A stretch of 64,000 nt of DNA from Nitrosopumilus sp. (GCA_965197525.1 OZ240211.1:1984001-2048000), one strand, 5' to 3'. Shown: positions 37,101-47,870, numbered from the stretch's first letter. Program-made: numbers and translations. Notes: generated by a model not told the origin, from the letters alone.

Positions 37101-40100
37101 ACGGCGCATTTGGCATTGACACGGTCACGATCGGTACCGGCACGTACGCACTAGTCGCTGCAGTTTTCGACAGCGGCATCCAGATAATCGACATCACGGA
37201 TCCGGCCAACCCCGTGCCTGCCGCCTCGGTCGGCAACGGAGACTCTTTTGACGGCAAGACCTTTGACAAGCTCACCGTCCCCAGAGGCATTACAGCTGCC
37301 ACGATCGGCTCCAACGCGTACGCACTAGTCGCTGCATTTCTGGTTGACAGCGTCCAGATAATCGATCTGGGAGAGACGCCAGACATTACCGCTCCTCCAC
37401 CGGACGACTCTTTTTCCACCACTTGGCAGACCACCTCTGCAGACGAGACGATAACCATCCCGGTCAACAACGCGATGGGTCTCTACACAGTGTATTGGGG
37501 CGACGGTAATGTCACCACGTACGACGGCGACGCTACCCACACGTACGACTCGGCCGGCAGTTACACGGTAAGCATATCAGGCAACTTTACCCACATATAC
37601 CTAGCTGGAGACTCGGACAACGCAAAAAAACTCGAGTCCATAAACCAATGGGGGAATATGCGGTGGGAATCCATGCACGGGGCATTTTATGGGGCGTCAA
37701 ACATGATATACAACGCCACTGATGAGCCGAACCTCGCTGATGTGACTGACATGAGTGGCATGTTCAACGGCGCCTCATCGTTTGACGGCGATATCTCCTC
37801 ATGGGACGTTTCTGATGTGACTGACATGAGTGGCATGTTCAACGGCGCCTCATCGTTTGACGGCGATATCTCCTCATGGGACGTCTTTGGCGTGAATGGT
37901 ATGAGTGGCATGTTCAGCGACAGCACCTTCAACCAGGACATCTCAGACTGGGACGTATCACACGTCACCGACATGGACGGCATGTTCAGCGACAGCACCT
38001 TCAACCAAGACATCTCCGACTGGAATGTCTCCGGCGTCGTCGACATGAGTTACATGTTCAGCGACAGCACCTTCAACCAGGACATCTCAGACTGGAACGT
38101 TTCATCAGTCACATACATGGAAAACATGTTCAGCGACAGCACCTTCAACCAGGACATCTCCGACTGGAATGTCTCCGGCGTCGTCGACATGAGTTACATG
38201 TTCAGCGACAGCACCTTCAACCAGGACATCTCAGACTGGAACGTTTCATCAGTCACATACATGGAAAACATGTTCAGCGACAGCACCTTCAACCAGGACA
38301 TCTCCGACTGGAATGTCTCCGGCGTCGTCTACATGAGTTACATGTTCAGCGACAGCACCTTCAACCAGGACATCTCCGACTGGAACGTTTCATCAGTCAC
38401 ATACATGGAAAACATGTTCAGCGACAGCACCTTCAACCAGGACATCTCCGACTGGAATGTCTCCGGTGTCGTCTACATGGACGATATGTTCAACACTGCC
38501 TCTGTTTTCAAGCAAAACCTAGGCAAATGGTACGTTGTGTTGGACAGTATTGTAATAAACGCCGAAGACGCTCCAGGGATAGTTGGAACCATATCTACGC
38601 AGAGTCAGGCGCTTGATTACCCCGCTCCCACGTACGGGATAGGAACTGGTGGTGATCGGGATTCGTTTAAGATCACCGGTGGCTCCGACCTGAACATGGC
38701 TGTATCTCCAGACAAGCCCAATTATATCGTCAACATAACATCTACGGGATCCTTTGGCACATCCAACCATCGCATCTACAACATAACTGTACTCCCCTCC
38801 TCATCTGCCAACCTCCAGTTCTCAGATGATTCGTTTGTCACCACATGGCAAACCACCTCTGCAGATGAGACAATAACCATTCCAGTCGGAAGCGCTCCAG
38901 GCAACTATACAGTGTATTGGGGCGACGGCAGTGTCACCATGCATATTGGTGATGCCATCCATACGTACACATCTGCCGGTAACCACACAATCAGCATAAC
39001 AGGTGGCTTTACCCTCATAAATCTGGCAGGCGACATGGATAATGCAGCCAAGATCATATCCATAGATCAATGGGGGGATGTGCAATGGGAATCCATGCAA
39101 GGAGCGTTTCGAGGTGCATTAAACATGAGATACAATGCCACTGATGTGCCTGATCTATCCAGAGTATGGGATACATCGTCAATGTTCCGCGATGCCGCCG
39201 CCTTTGATGGTGACCTGTCCGGATGGGATGTCTCTAATATGACTTATATGTATGGCATGTTCTACGATGCTACTGTCTTTGACAGCGATCTGTCCGGATG
39301 GGACGTTGCAGATGTGACTAATATGGGCAGTATGTTCAGGGGCACTGCCTTGTTCAACAGCGATCTGTCCGGATGGAACGTCTCAGGAGTGAATAACATG
39401 TACAGCATGTTCAGAGGTGCTACTGCCTTTGACAGCGATCTGTCCGGATGGAACGTCTCAGAAGTGACTGATATGCATAGCATGTTCAGAGGTGCTACTG
39501 CCTTTGACAGCGATCTGTCCGGATGGGATATCTCGAGTGTTACAACCCTTGGTAGTATGTTCAAAGACGCCTCAACATTCATGCAAAATCTGGGCAACTG
39601 GTACATTGTACTGGACAGCACTGAGATACACGACGAAGACGCTCCAGGGATAGTTGGAACCATATCTACGCAGAGTCAGGCGCTTGATTACCCCGTCCCC
39701 ACGTACGGGATAGGAACCGGTGGTGATCGGGATTCGTTTAAGATCACTGGTGGCTCCGACCTGAACATGGCTGTATCTCCAGACAAGCCCAATTACATCG
39801 TCAACATAACATCTACGGGATCCTTTGGCACATCCAACCATCGCATCTACAACATAACTGTAATCCCATCTGTCAACTTCCCGTTCTCAGATGATCCGTT
39901 TGTCACCACATGGAAAACCACCTATGCAGATGAGACAATAGCCATTCCAGTCGGAAATGCTACAGGCAACTATACAGTGCATTGGGGTGATGGCAATGCC
40001 ACCACGCATATTGGTGATGCTATCCACACGTACGCATCTGCAGGCAACCACACAATCAGCATAACAGGCGACTTTACTAGAATAAACCTGGCAGGAAACT

Positions 40101-42232
40101 TTACTAACGCTAAAAAACTTGTATCCATAGACCAATGGGGAGGCATACGGTGGGAATCCATGAATGGGGCGTTCTTCGGGGCGTCAAACATGGCATACAA
40201 CGCAACTGACGTACCGAACCTTTCCAAAGTTACTGACACGTCATTTATGTTCGGTTCTGCCTCCTCGTTTAACGACAACCTTTCTGACTGGAATGTCTCA
40301 CGGGTGACTGACATGACTGGCATGTTCAGTCAAGCCTCCTCGTTTGACGGCGACATCTCAACGTGGGACGTTTCTGATGTGACTGACATGACTGCCATGT
40401 TCAATCTGGCCTCCTCGTTTAACGGCAACCTTTCTGGATGGGACGCCTCTAATGCAAAGTCCCTAGACGGCATGTTCAGTGGCGCTCGGGACTTTGACGG
40501 TGACCTGTCCGGATGGGACGTCTCGGGTGCAAAGTCCATGAGAAGCATGTTCAGTAGCGCTCGGGACTTTGACGGCGACCTGTCCGTATGGAATGTCTCA
40601 GGTGTGACTGACATGACTGACATGTTCTCCAATACATCTAATTTCAACGGCGACCTGTCCGGATGGGACGTCTCTGGTGCAAAGTCCCTAGATGGTATGT
40701 TCAGTGGCACTCGGGCATTTAACGGCGACCTGTCCGGATGGGACGTCTCGGGTGCAAAGTCCATGAGAAGCATGTTCAGTGGCACTTGGGATTTTGACGG
40801 CGACATCTCAACATGGAACGTTTCAGGTGTGACTGACATGACTAACATGTTCAATAATGCCTCTGTCTTTGACGGTGACCTGTCCAGATGGGATGTTTCA
40901 TCAGCCATTTACATGGACGGCATGTTCCTAAATGCTATCGCATTTAACGGCGACCTGTCCGGATGGAACGTCTCAGGTGTAAAGTCAATGAACGGCATGT
41001 TCTTGAATGCCTTAGTCTTTGACGGCGACCTGTCCGGATGGAATGTCTCAGACGTGATTTACATGGACAGGATGTTCAAGGGCGCCATCAACTTTAATCA
41101 AGATCTTTCTACTTGGGATATCTCATCAGTTACACACATGGATGACATGTTCAATGACGCTTCAGCATTCAAACAAAATTTGGGTAACTGGTATGTAGTG
41201 TTGAACAGTACTGGGATACACGTAGACGACGCACCAGGTATAGTGGGTGGCATATCAGCGCAGAACTTGGCGCTTGACCGGCAGAATCCTACGTACGGTA
41301 TAGGCGATTGGGAAGATTTTGACTCATTTGAGATTGTTGGCGACTCTATTTTGAACATGACAGTGTCGCCAGACAAATCCCATTACACGGTCAACGTAAC
41401 CTCCACTGGAGACTTTGGTACATTCAATTACCGCATCTACAACGTGACTGTGACAGGTATTGACACCATAGTCCCGACTGTCATGTCAATTGAGCGGTAC
41501 AGTCCCGTTACAGAAAGCACCGACAGCCAGACACTAGTCTACAAGGTAACCTTTAGCGAGGCAGTGACTGGTGTAACCCAGTCTGACTTTGTTCTGTCTT
41601 CTGATAGCACGGGTACTGCCGCTAATTCTGTAACCTCCATATCCGGTTCTGGCAGCCAGTACTTTGTGACAGTCTCTGCATCAAGTGACGGCACATACAA
41701 CCTTGATCTTGTACAAAACCACGGCATCGAGGATTTGGCAGATAACCCTCTAACTAATACTGCCACCACAGGAGTAGACCAGACATATACTGTCAACACG
41801 GTACCTGCTGATACCACTGCACCAACACTCACATCAATTGAGAGATACAATCCTGCTGCCGCAACTACTGACACCCAGACACTAGTCTACGAGGTAACCT
41901 TTAGCGAGGATGTGACAGAGGTGGATGCTGTAGACTTTGTTATCTCTCAGGACAGTACTGGGACAGGCAGTACAACCTTGACTGGTTCTGATAACGTGTA
42001 TTACGTAACAGTCTCTGCAACTCAGGACGGCACATACAACCTTGATCTTGTACAAAACCACGGCATCGAGGATTTGGCAGATAACCCTCTAACTAATACT
42101 GCCACCACAGGAGTAGACCAGACATATACTGTCAACACGGTACCTGCTGATACCACTGCACCAACACTCACATCAATTGAGAGATACAATCCTGCTGCCG
42201 CAACTACTGACACCCAGACACCCAGACACTAG
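34100..42232 (+). CDS. Giant surface protein, part 1: signal peptide, four PKD-like/DUF285 (BspA-like) blocks, 7-blade LVIVD-like propeller, first Ig-like repeats
   Basis: The ATG at 34100 gives MIVHFKPNCNTAYTLAILILTILTILAVSG (the ORF track starts at 33944); 25-aa F..DIS.WDVS.VT.M..MF repeats; GVQIIDITDPANP repeats. Ends at an 8-bp duplication frameshift. Confidence 0.9.
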   Translation: MIVHFKPNCNTAYTLAILILTILTILAVSGSIQHVDESGQAIVLNPKSYPQVGGHWTVDLDLSSGGNLVVTAVDGTYFGDDIGFARMYGQDNADAQPSYQDDGTVRFDDIAAGSWHFEVVVYTAGRHDMIFKLGDSTAHASNNALIPGAFVTTWKTTSANEEITIPIRPSSSGNYIVTWGDGNATTHTGHATHTYVGAGNHTISVSGNNLAMHLSDDPSNAAKLVSIDQWGDVQWKSMTRAFYGASNMIYNAVDVPNLSDVRDMSYMFASAPLFDGDLSEWDVSDVRNMSYMFWEAQSFNGNISTWDVSRVTNTRNMFQGTTIFNGNLSAWDVSRVTDMGGMFHRTPVFNSDISGWDVSNVKSMGYLFKNAYDFNSDISDWDVSRVTNMERLFSFAYDFNSDISAWDVSHVTNMQGTFNHADSFTGDISDWDVSRVTNMSYMFWENQAFNGNISDWDVSRVTDMSWMFDRTHVFNGNISDWDVSRVTNMDAMFRGATAFDNDLSGWDISSVTNMKSMFLNAPVFNSNISNWDVSNVESMNQMFKGAQNFNSDISDWDVSSVTDMEGMFNEAFKFKQNLGDWYVVLNNTAVNIDDVPGVIGTISAQNLYLGGQNVTYGIGTDGNSTLFEIADDTGLSMTVSPTNSAYTVNITSTGSFGTTNHRVYTITVPAGPTNPVPVTSITSGDEVNGKTYDNLQSPYFITTVKIGSGTYALVTASSGGSGVQIIDITDPANPVPESSFDDDDTVTVDDVSMTFDKLYGSQGIATTTIGSSTYAIVAAFKEHGVQIIDITNPASPVPVASFGDGDTVTVNGVNKTFDKLEGAFGIAMATIGSSTYALVSTYTDDGVQIVNITNPASPVPVASFGDGDTVTVNGINKTFDKLDGGEGIATVTIGTGTYALVTGYYSNGVQIIDITDPANPVPAASFGDGGRVSGVSKTFNELRGANGITTVTIGTGTYALVTAFDDDGVQIIDITDPANPVPAASFGDGDTIGGKTFDKLDGAFGIDTVTIGTGTYALVAAVFDSGIQIIDITDPANPVPAASVGNGDSFDGKTFDKLTVPRGITAATIGSNAYALVAAFLVDSVQIIDLGETPDITAPPPDDSFSTTWQTTSADETITIPVNNAMGLYTVYWGDGNVTTYDGDATHTYDSAGSYTVSISGNFTHIYLAGDSDNAKKLESINQWGNMRWESMHGAFYGASNMIYNATDEPNLADVTDMSGMFNGASSFDGDISSWDVSDVTDMSGMFNGASSFDGDISSWDVFGVNGMSGMFSDSTFNQDISDWDVSHVTDMDGMFSDSTFNQDISDWNVSGVVDMSYMFSDSTFNQDISDWNVSSVTYMENMFSDSTFNQDISDWNVSGVVDMSYMFSDSTFNQDISDWNVSSVTYMENMFSDSTFNQDISDWNVSGVVYMSYMFSDSTFNQDISDWNVSSVTYMENMFSDSTFNQDISDWNVSGVVYMDDMFNTASVFKQNLGKWYVVLDSIVINAEDAPGIVGTISTQSQALDYPAPTYGIGTGGDRDSFKITGGSDLNMAVSPDKPNYIVNITSTGSFGTSNHRIYNITVLPSSSANLQFSDDSFVTTWQTTSADETITIPVGSAPGNYTVYWGDGSVTMHIGDAIHTYTSAGNHTISITGGFTLINLAGDMDNAAKIISIDQWGDVQWESMQGAFRGALNMRYNATDVPDLSRVWDTSSMFRDAAAFDGDLSGWDVSNMTYMYGMFYDATVFDSDLSGWDVADVTNMGSMFRGTALFNSDLSGWNVSGVNNMYSMFRGATAFDSDLSGWNVSEVTDMHSMFRGATAFDSDLSGWDISSVTTLGSMFKDASTFMQNLGNWYIVLDSTEIHDEDAPGIVGTISTQSQALDYPVPTYGIGTGGDRDSFKITGGSDLNMAVSPDKPNYIVNITSTGSFGTSNHRIYNITVIPSVNFPFSDDPFVTTWKTTYADETIAIPVGNATGNYTVHWGDGNATTHIGDAIHTYASAGNHTISITGDFTRINLAGNFTNAKKLVSIDQWGGIRWESMNGAFFGASNMAYNATDVPNLSKVTDTSFMFGSASSFNDNLSDWNVSRVTDMTGMFSQASSFDGDISTWDVSDVTDMTAMFNLASSFNGNLSGWDASNAKSLDGMFSGARDFDGDLSGWDVSGAKSMRSMFSSARDFDGDLSVWNVSGVTDMTDMFSNTSNFNGDLSGWDVSGAKSLDGMFSGTRAFNGDLSGWDVSGAKSMRSMFSGTWDFDGDISTWNVSGVTDMTNMFNNASVFDGDLSRWDVSSAIYMDGMFLNAIAFNGDLSGWNVSGVKSMNGMFLNALVFDGDLSGWNVSDVIYMDRMFKGAINFNQDLSTWDISSVTHMDDMFNDASAFKQNLGNWYVVLNSTGIHVDDAPGIVGGISAQNLALDRQNPTYGIGDWEDFDSFEIVGDSILNMTVSPDKSHYTVNVTSTGDFGTFNYRIYNVTVTGIDTIVPTVMSIERYSPVTESTDSQTLVYKVTFSEAVTGVTQSDFVLSSDSTGTAANSVTSISGSGSQYFVTVSASSDGTYNLDLVQNHGIEDLADNPLTNTATTGVDQTYTVNTVPADTTAPTLTSIERYNPAAATTDTQTLVYEVTFSEDVTEVDAVDFVISQDSTGTGSTTLTGSDNVYYVTVSATQDGTYNLDLVQNHGIEDLADNPLTNTATTGVDQTYTVNTVPADTTAPTLTSIERYNPAAATTDTQTPRH
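37908..38490 (+). repeat. 72-bp coding tandem repeats (24-aa DUF285 variant) alternating as a 144-bp dimer
   Basis: SDSTFNQDISDWNVSGVV(D/Y)MSYMF alternates with SDSTFNQDISDWNVSSVTYMENMF; catgttcagc recurs at 37981 and 38053. Confidence 0.9.
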
Positions 42233-42258
42233 TCTACGAGGTAACCTTTAGCGAGGAT

Positions 42259-45200
42259 GTGACAGAGGTGGATGCTGTAGACTTTGTTATCTCTCAGGAC
42301 AGTACTGGGACAGGCAGTACAACCTTGACTGGTTCTGATAACGTGTATTACGTAACAGTCTCTGCAACTCAGGACGGCACATACAACCTTGATCTTGTAC
42401 AAAACCACGGCATCGAGGATTTGGCAGATAACCCTCTAACTGATACTGCCACCACCGGAGTAGACCAGACATATACTGTCAACACGGTACCTGCTGATAC
42501 CACTGCACCAACACTCACATCAATTGAGAGATACAATCCTGCTGCCGCAACTACTGACACCCAGACACTAGTCTACGAGGTAACCTTTAGCGAGGATGTA
42601 ACCGGTGTGACACAGTCTGACTTTGTTCTGTCTTCTGATAGCACGGGTACTGCCGCTAATTCTGTAACCTCCATATCCGGTTCTGGCAGCCAGTACTTTG
42701 TGACAGTCTCTGCATCAAGTGACGGCACATACAACCTTGATCTTGTACAAAACCACGGCATCGAGGATTTGGCAGATAACCCTCTAACTGATACTGCCAC
42801 CACCGGAGTAGACCAGACATATACTGTCAACACGGTACCTGCTGACACCACTGCACCAACACTATCATCAATTGAGCGGTACAATCCAGCTACAGAAAAC
42901 ACCGACAACCAGACGCTGACCTACAAGGTGATCTTCAGCGAGGATGTCACCGGAGTGGACACGACTGACTTTGCCCTGTCTTCTGATAGCACGGGCGGAT
43001 CAAGCTCTGCCCAGTTCACACAGACACGTTCTCCTGCCATTGCCATAACTGCAGCCAACACCATAACAGATACCATTACAGTTACCGATTCCGGTACTGT
43101 TACGTCAGTCTCTGTCGCCGTGGACGTCTCCCACACGTACAAAGGCGACCTCAAGATAGATCTTATTGCACCTGATGGAACCATCAAGACCGTCCACAAC
43201 CGCTCTGGAGGCAGCGCCGATGACATAGACCAGACATACACACCCGACTTTGCCGGTGTTTCAATTGCAGGTATCTGGACGCTACAGATAAACGACAACT
43301 ATGCCACCGCCGACGACGGTACCCTGAACAGCTGGACGCTTACGATCAATCCTGATAGTGGCAGTAGTAGTAGTAGTGGTACATCAAACCCTGTAACATC
43401 GATCTCAGGTTCTGGCGACACGTACCAAGTGACGGTTTCGGCCACACAGGACGGCACATACAACCTTGATCTTGTACAAAACCACGGCATCGAGGATTCG
43501 GCAGACAATCCTCTAACTGATACTGCCACCACCGGAGTAGACCACACCTACACGGTCAACACGGTACCTGCTGATACCACAGCACCAACACTCACATCAA
43601 TTGAGAGATACAATCCTGCTGCCGCAACTACTGACAGCCAGACACTAGTCTACGAGGTAACCTTTAGCGAAGCAGTGACCGGTGTGACACAGTCTGACTT
43701 TGTTCTGTCTTCCGCTAGTACGGGTACTGCCGCTAATGCTATAACTTCCATATCCGGTTCTGGCAGCCAGTACTTTGTGACAGTCTCTGCATCAAGTGAC
43801 GGCACATACAACCTTGATCTTGTACAAAACCACGGCATCGAGGATTCGGCAGACAATCCTCTAACTGATACTGCCACCACCGGAGTAGACCACACCTACA
43901 CGGTCAACACGGTACCTGCTGATACCACTGCACCAACACTCACATCAATTGAGAGATACAATCCTGCTGCCGCAACTACTGACAGCCAGACACTAGTCTA
44001 CGAGGTGACCTTTAGCGAAGCAGTGACCGGTGTGACACAGTCTGACTTTGTTCTGTCTTCTGATAGCACGGGCGGTCCCGACCCAGGTACTGGTACTGGC
44101 CAGTTCACTCAGACCAACTCACCATCAACTGCCATAGCAGGTGATCAAGACGTTGTTGATACCATATCAGTGTCTAATTCTGGAAATGCTGCATCAGTTT
44201 CAGTTGACCTAAACATTACTCATACATACATTAGTGATCTAAAGGTAGATTTGGTTGCCCCCGACGGTACAACCAAAACGTTACACAATCGTTCAGGCGG
44301 TAGTTCAGACGATATCATAGCTACATACACACCGAACTTTAACGGCGCCTCAATATCAGGAACATGGACGCTACAGATCAACGACGACTATCCATCTGCA
44401 GATGACGGCGTTCTGAACAGCTGGACACTCACAATTAATTATGGTGATACCCCCGATGTCCCCAATCCTGTAACCTCCATATCCGGTTCTGGCAGCCAGT
44501 ACTTTGTGACAGTCTCTGCATCAAGTGACGGCACATACAACCTTGATCTTGTACAAAACCACGGCATCGAGGATTCGGCAGACAATCCTCTAACTGATAC
44601 TGCCACCACCGGAGTAGACCACACCTACACGGTCAACACGGTACCTGCTGATACCACAGCACCAACACTCACATCAATTGAGAGATACAATCCTGCTGTT
44701 GCAACTACTGACACCCAGACACTAGTCTACGAGGTAACCTTTAGCGAAGCAGTGACCGGTGTGACACAGTCTGACTTTGTTCTGTCTTCCGCTAGTACGG
44801 GTACTGCCGCTAATGCTATAACTTCCATATCCGGTTCTGGCAGCCAGTACTTTGTGACAGTCTCTGCATCAAGTGACGGCACATACAACCTTGATCTTGT
44901 ACAAAACCACGGCATCGAGGATTCGGCAGACAATCCTCTAACTGATACTGCCACCACCGGAGTAGACCACACCTACACGGTCAACACGGTACCTGCTGAT
45001 ACCACAGCACCAACACTCACATCAATTGAGAGATACAATCCTGCTGTTGCAACTACTGACACCCAGACACTAGTCTACGAGGTGACCTTTAGCGAAGCAG
45101 TGACCGGTGTGACACAGTCTGACTTTGTTCTGTCTTCTGATAGCACGGGCGGTCCCGACCCAGGTACTGGTACTGGCCAGTTCACTCAGACCAACTCACC

Positions 45201-46512
45201 ATCAACTGCCATAGCAGGTGATCAAGACGTTGTTGATACCATATCAGTGTCTAATTCTGGAAATGCTGCATCAGTTTCAGTTGACCTAAACATTACTCAT
45301 ACATACATTAGTGATCTAAAGGTAGATTTGGTTGCCCCCGACGGTACAACCAAAACGTTACACAATCGTTCAGGCGGTAGTTCAGACGATATCATAGCTA
45401 CATACACACCGAACTTTAACGGCGCCTCAATATCAGGAACATGGACGCTACAGATCAACGACGACTATCCATCTGCAGATGACGGCGTTCTGAACAGCTG
45501 GACACTCACAATTAATTATGGTGATACCCCCGATGTCCCCAATCCTGTAACCTCCATATCCGGTTCTGGCAGCCAGTACTTTGTGACAGTCTCTGCATCA
45601 AGTGACGGCACATACAACCTTGATCTTGTACAAAACCACGGCATCGAGGATTCGGCAGACAATCCTCTAACTGATACTGCCACCACCGGAGTAGACCACA
45701 CCTACACGGTCAACACGGTACCTGCTGATACCACTGCACCAACACTCACATCAATTGAGAGATACAATCCTGCTGCCGCAACTACTGACAGCCAGACACT
45801 AGTCTACGAGGTAACCTTTAGCGAAGCAGTGACCGGTGTGACACAGTCTGACTTTGTTCTGTCTTCCGCTAGTACGGGTACTGCCGCTAATGCTATAACT
45901 TCCATATCCGGTTCTGGCAGCCAGTACTTTGTGACAGTCTCTGCATCAAGTGACGGCACATACAACCTTGATCTTGTACAAAACCACGGCATCGAGGATT
46001 CGGCAGACAATCCTCTAACTGATACTGCCACCACCGGAGTAGACCACACCTACACGGTCAACACAGTACCTGCTGATACCACAGCACCAACACTCACATC
46101 AATTGAGAGATACAATCCTGCTGTTGCAACTACTGACACCCAGACACTAGTCTACGAGGTGACCTTTAGCGAGGATGTAACCGGAGTGGACAAGACTGAC
46201 TTTGCCCTGTCTTTTGATAGCACGGGCGGTCCCGACCCAGGTACTGGTACTGGCCAGTTCACTCAGACCAACTCACCATCAACTGCCATAGCAGGTGATC
46301 AAGACGTTGTTGATACCATATCAGTGTCTAATTCTGGAAATGCTGCATCAGTTTCAGTTGACCTAAACATTACTCATACATACATTAGTGATCTAAAGGT
46401 AGATTTGGTTGCCCCCGACGGTACAGCCAAAACGTTACACAATCGTTCAGGCGGTAGTTCAGACGATATCATAGCTACATACACACCGAACTTTAACGGC
46501 GCCTCAATATGA
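42259..46512 (+). CDS. Giant surface protein, part 2: Ig-like repeats with inserted proprotein-convertase P domains (frameshifted continuation)
   Basis: TAPTLTSIERYNP...YEVTFSE.VTGV repeats; HTY.GDL..DLIAPDG...LHNRSGGS...GTWTLQI.D...DDG.LNSW.L P domains. Confidence 0.85.
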   Translation: MTEVDAVDFVISQDSTGTGSTTLTGSDNVYYVTVSATQDGTYNLDLVQNHGIEDLADNPLTDTATTGVDQTYTVNTVPADTTAPTLTSIERYNPAAATTDTQTLVYEVTFSEDVTGVTQSDFVLSSDSTGTAANSVTSISGSGSQYFVTVSASSDGTYNLDLVQNHGIEDLADNPLTDTATTGVDQTYTVNTVPADTTAPTLSSIERYNPATENTDNQTLTYKVIFSEDVTGVDTTDFALSSDSTGGSSSAQFTQTRSPAIAITAANTITDTITVTDSGTVTSVSVAVDVSHTYKGDLKIDLIAPDGTIKTVHNRSGGSADDIDQTYTPDFAGVSIAGIWTLQINDNYATADDGTLNSWTLTINPDSGSSSSSGTSNPVTSISGSGDTYQVTVSATQDGTYNLDLVQNHGIEDSADNPLTDTATTGVDHTYTVNTVPADTTAPTLTSIERYNPAAATTDSQTLVYEVTFSEAVTGVTQSDFVLSSASTGTAANAITSISGSGSQYFVTVSASSDGTYNLDLVQNHGIEDSADNPLTDTATTGVDHTYTVNTVPADTTAPTLTSIERYNPAAATTDSQTLVYEVTFSEAVTGVTQSDFVLSSDSTGGPDPGTGTGQFTQTNSPSTAIAGDQDVVDTISVSNSGNAASVSVDLNITHTYISDLKVDLVAPDGTTKTLHNRSGGSSDDIIATYTPNFNGASISGTWTLQINDDYPSADDGVLNSWTLTINYGDTPDVPNPVTSISGSGSQYFVTVSASSDGTYNLDLVQNHGIEDSADNPLTDTATTGVDHTYTVNTVPADTTAPTLTSIERYNPAVATTDTQTLVYEVTFSEAVTGVTQSDFVLSSASTGTAANAITSISGSGSQYFVTVSASSDGTYNLDLVQNHGIEDSADNPLTDTATTGVDHTYTVNTVPADTTAPTLTSIERYNPAVATTDTQTLVYEVTFSEAVTGVTQSDFVLSSDSTGGPDPGTGTGQFTQTNSPSTAIAGDQDVVDTISVSNSGNAASVSVDLNITHTYISDLKVDLVAPDGTTKTLHNRSGGSSDDIIATYTPNFNGASISGTWTLQINDDYPSADDGVLNSWTLTINYGDTPDVPNPVTSISGSGSQYFVTVSASSDGTYNLDLVQNHGIEDSADNPLTDTATTGVDHTYTVNTVPADTTAPTLTSIERYNPAAATTDSQTLVYEVTFSEAVTGVTQSDFVLSSASTGTAANAITSISGSGSQYFVTVSASSDGTYNLDLVQNHGIEDSADNPLTDTATTGVDHTYTVNTVPADTTAPTLTSIERYNPAVATTDTQTLVYEVTFSEDVTGVDKTDFALSFDSTGGPDPGTGTGQFTQTNSPSTAIAGDQDVVDTISVSNSGNAASVSVDLNITHTYISDLKVDLVAPDGTAKTLHNRSGGSSDDIIATYTPNFNGASI

Positions 46513-47870
46513 ACATGGACGCTACAGATCAACGACGACTATCCATCTGCAGATGACGGCGTTCCAGCTGGACACCACAATTAATTACACCGCCGATGTT
46601 CCCAGTCCTATAACCTCCATATCCGGTTCTGGCAGCCAGTACTTTGTGACAGTCTCTGCATCAAGTGACGGCACATACAACCTTGATCTTGTACAAAACC
46701 ACGGCATCGAGGATTCGGCAGACAATCCTCTAACTGATACTGCCACCACCGGAGTAGACCACACCTACACGGTCAACACGGTACCTGCTGATACCACTGC
46801 ACCAACACTCACATCAATTGAGAGATACAATCCTGCTGCCGCAACTACTGACAGCCAGACACTAGTCTACGAGGTAACCTTTAGCGAAGCAGTGACCGGT
46901 GTGACACAGTCTGACTTTGTTCTGTCTTCCGCTAGTACGGGTACTGCCGCTAATGCTATAACTTCCATATCCGGTTCTGGCAGCCAGTACTTTGTGACAG
47001 TCTCTGCATCAAGTGACGGCACATACAACCTTGATCTTGTACAAAACCACGGCATCGAGGATTCGGCAGACAATCCTCTAACTGATACTGCCACCACCGG
47101 AGTAGACCACACCTACACGGTCAACACAGTACCTGCTGATACCACAGCACCAACACTCACATCAATTGAGAGATACAATCCTGCTGTTGCAACTACTGAC
47201 ACCCAGACACTAGTCTACGAGGTGACCTTTAGCGAGGATGTAACCGGAGTGGACAAGACTGACTTTGCCCTGTCTTTTGATAGCACGGGCGGTCCCGACC
47301 CAGGTACTGGTACTGGCCAGTTCACTCAGACCAACTCACCATCAACTGCCATAGCAGGTGATCAAGACGTTGTTGATACCATATCAGTGTCTAATTCTGG
47401 AAATGCTGCATCAGTTTCAGTTGACCTAAACATTACTCATACATACATTAGTGATCTAAAGGTAGATTTGGTTGCCCCCGACGGTACAGCCAAAACGTTA
47501 CACAATCGTTCAGGCGGTAGTTCAGACGATATCATAGCTACATACACACCGAACTTTAACGGCGCCTCAATATCAGGAACATGGACGCTACAGATCAACG
47601 ACGACTATCCATCTGCAGATGACGGCGTTCTGAACAGCTGGACACTCACAATTAATTATGGTGATACCGCCGATGTTCCCAGTCCTATAACCTCCATATC
47701 CGGTTCTGGCAGCCAGTACTTTGTGACAGTCTCTGCATCAAGTGACGGCACATACAACCTTGATCTTGTACAAAACCACGGCATCGAGGATTCGGCAGAC
47801 AATCCTCTAACTGATACTGCCACCACCGGAGTAGATCACACCTACACGGTCAACACAGTACCTGCTGATA
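43450..47870 (+). repeat. About four near-identical 1077-bp coding tandem repeats
   Basis: Antisense shadow ORFs recur at 43650, 44727, 45804 and 46867 (last spacing 1063 = 1077 - 14). Boundaries approximate. Confidence 0.88.

Noticed and set aside
37876-38616. 246-aa His/Arg-rich repetitive ORF
   Set aside because: Shifted-frame shadow of the 72-bp DUF285 repeats.
34860-41200. Diversity-generating retroelement acting on the DUF285 repeats
   Set aside because: No reverse transcriptase in the window, and no template/variable pair differing only at adenines was recognised.
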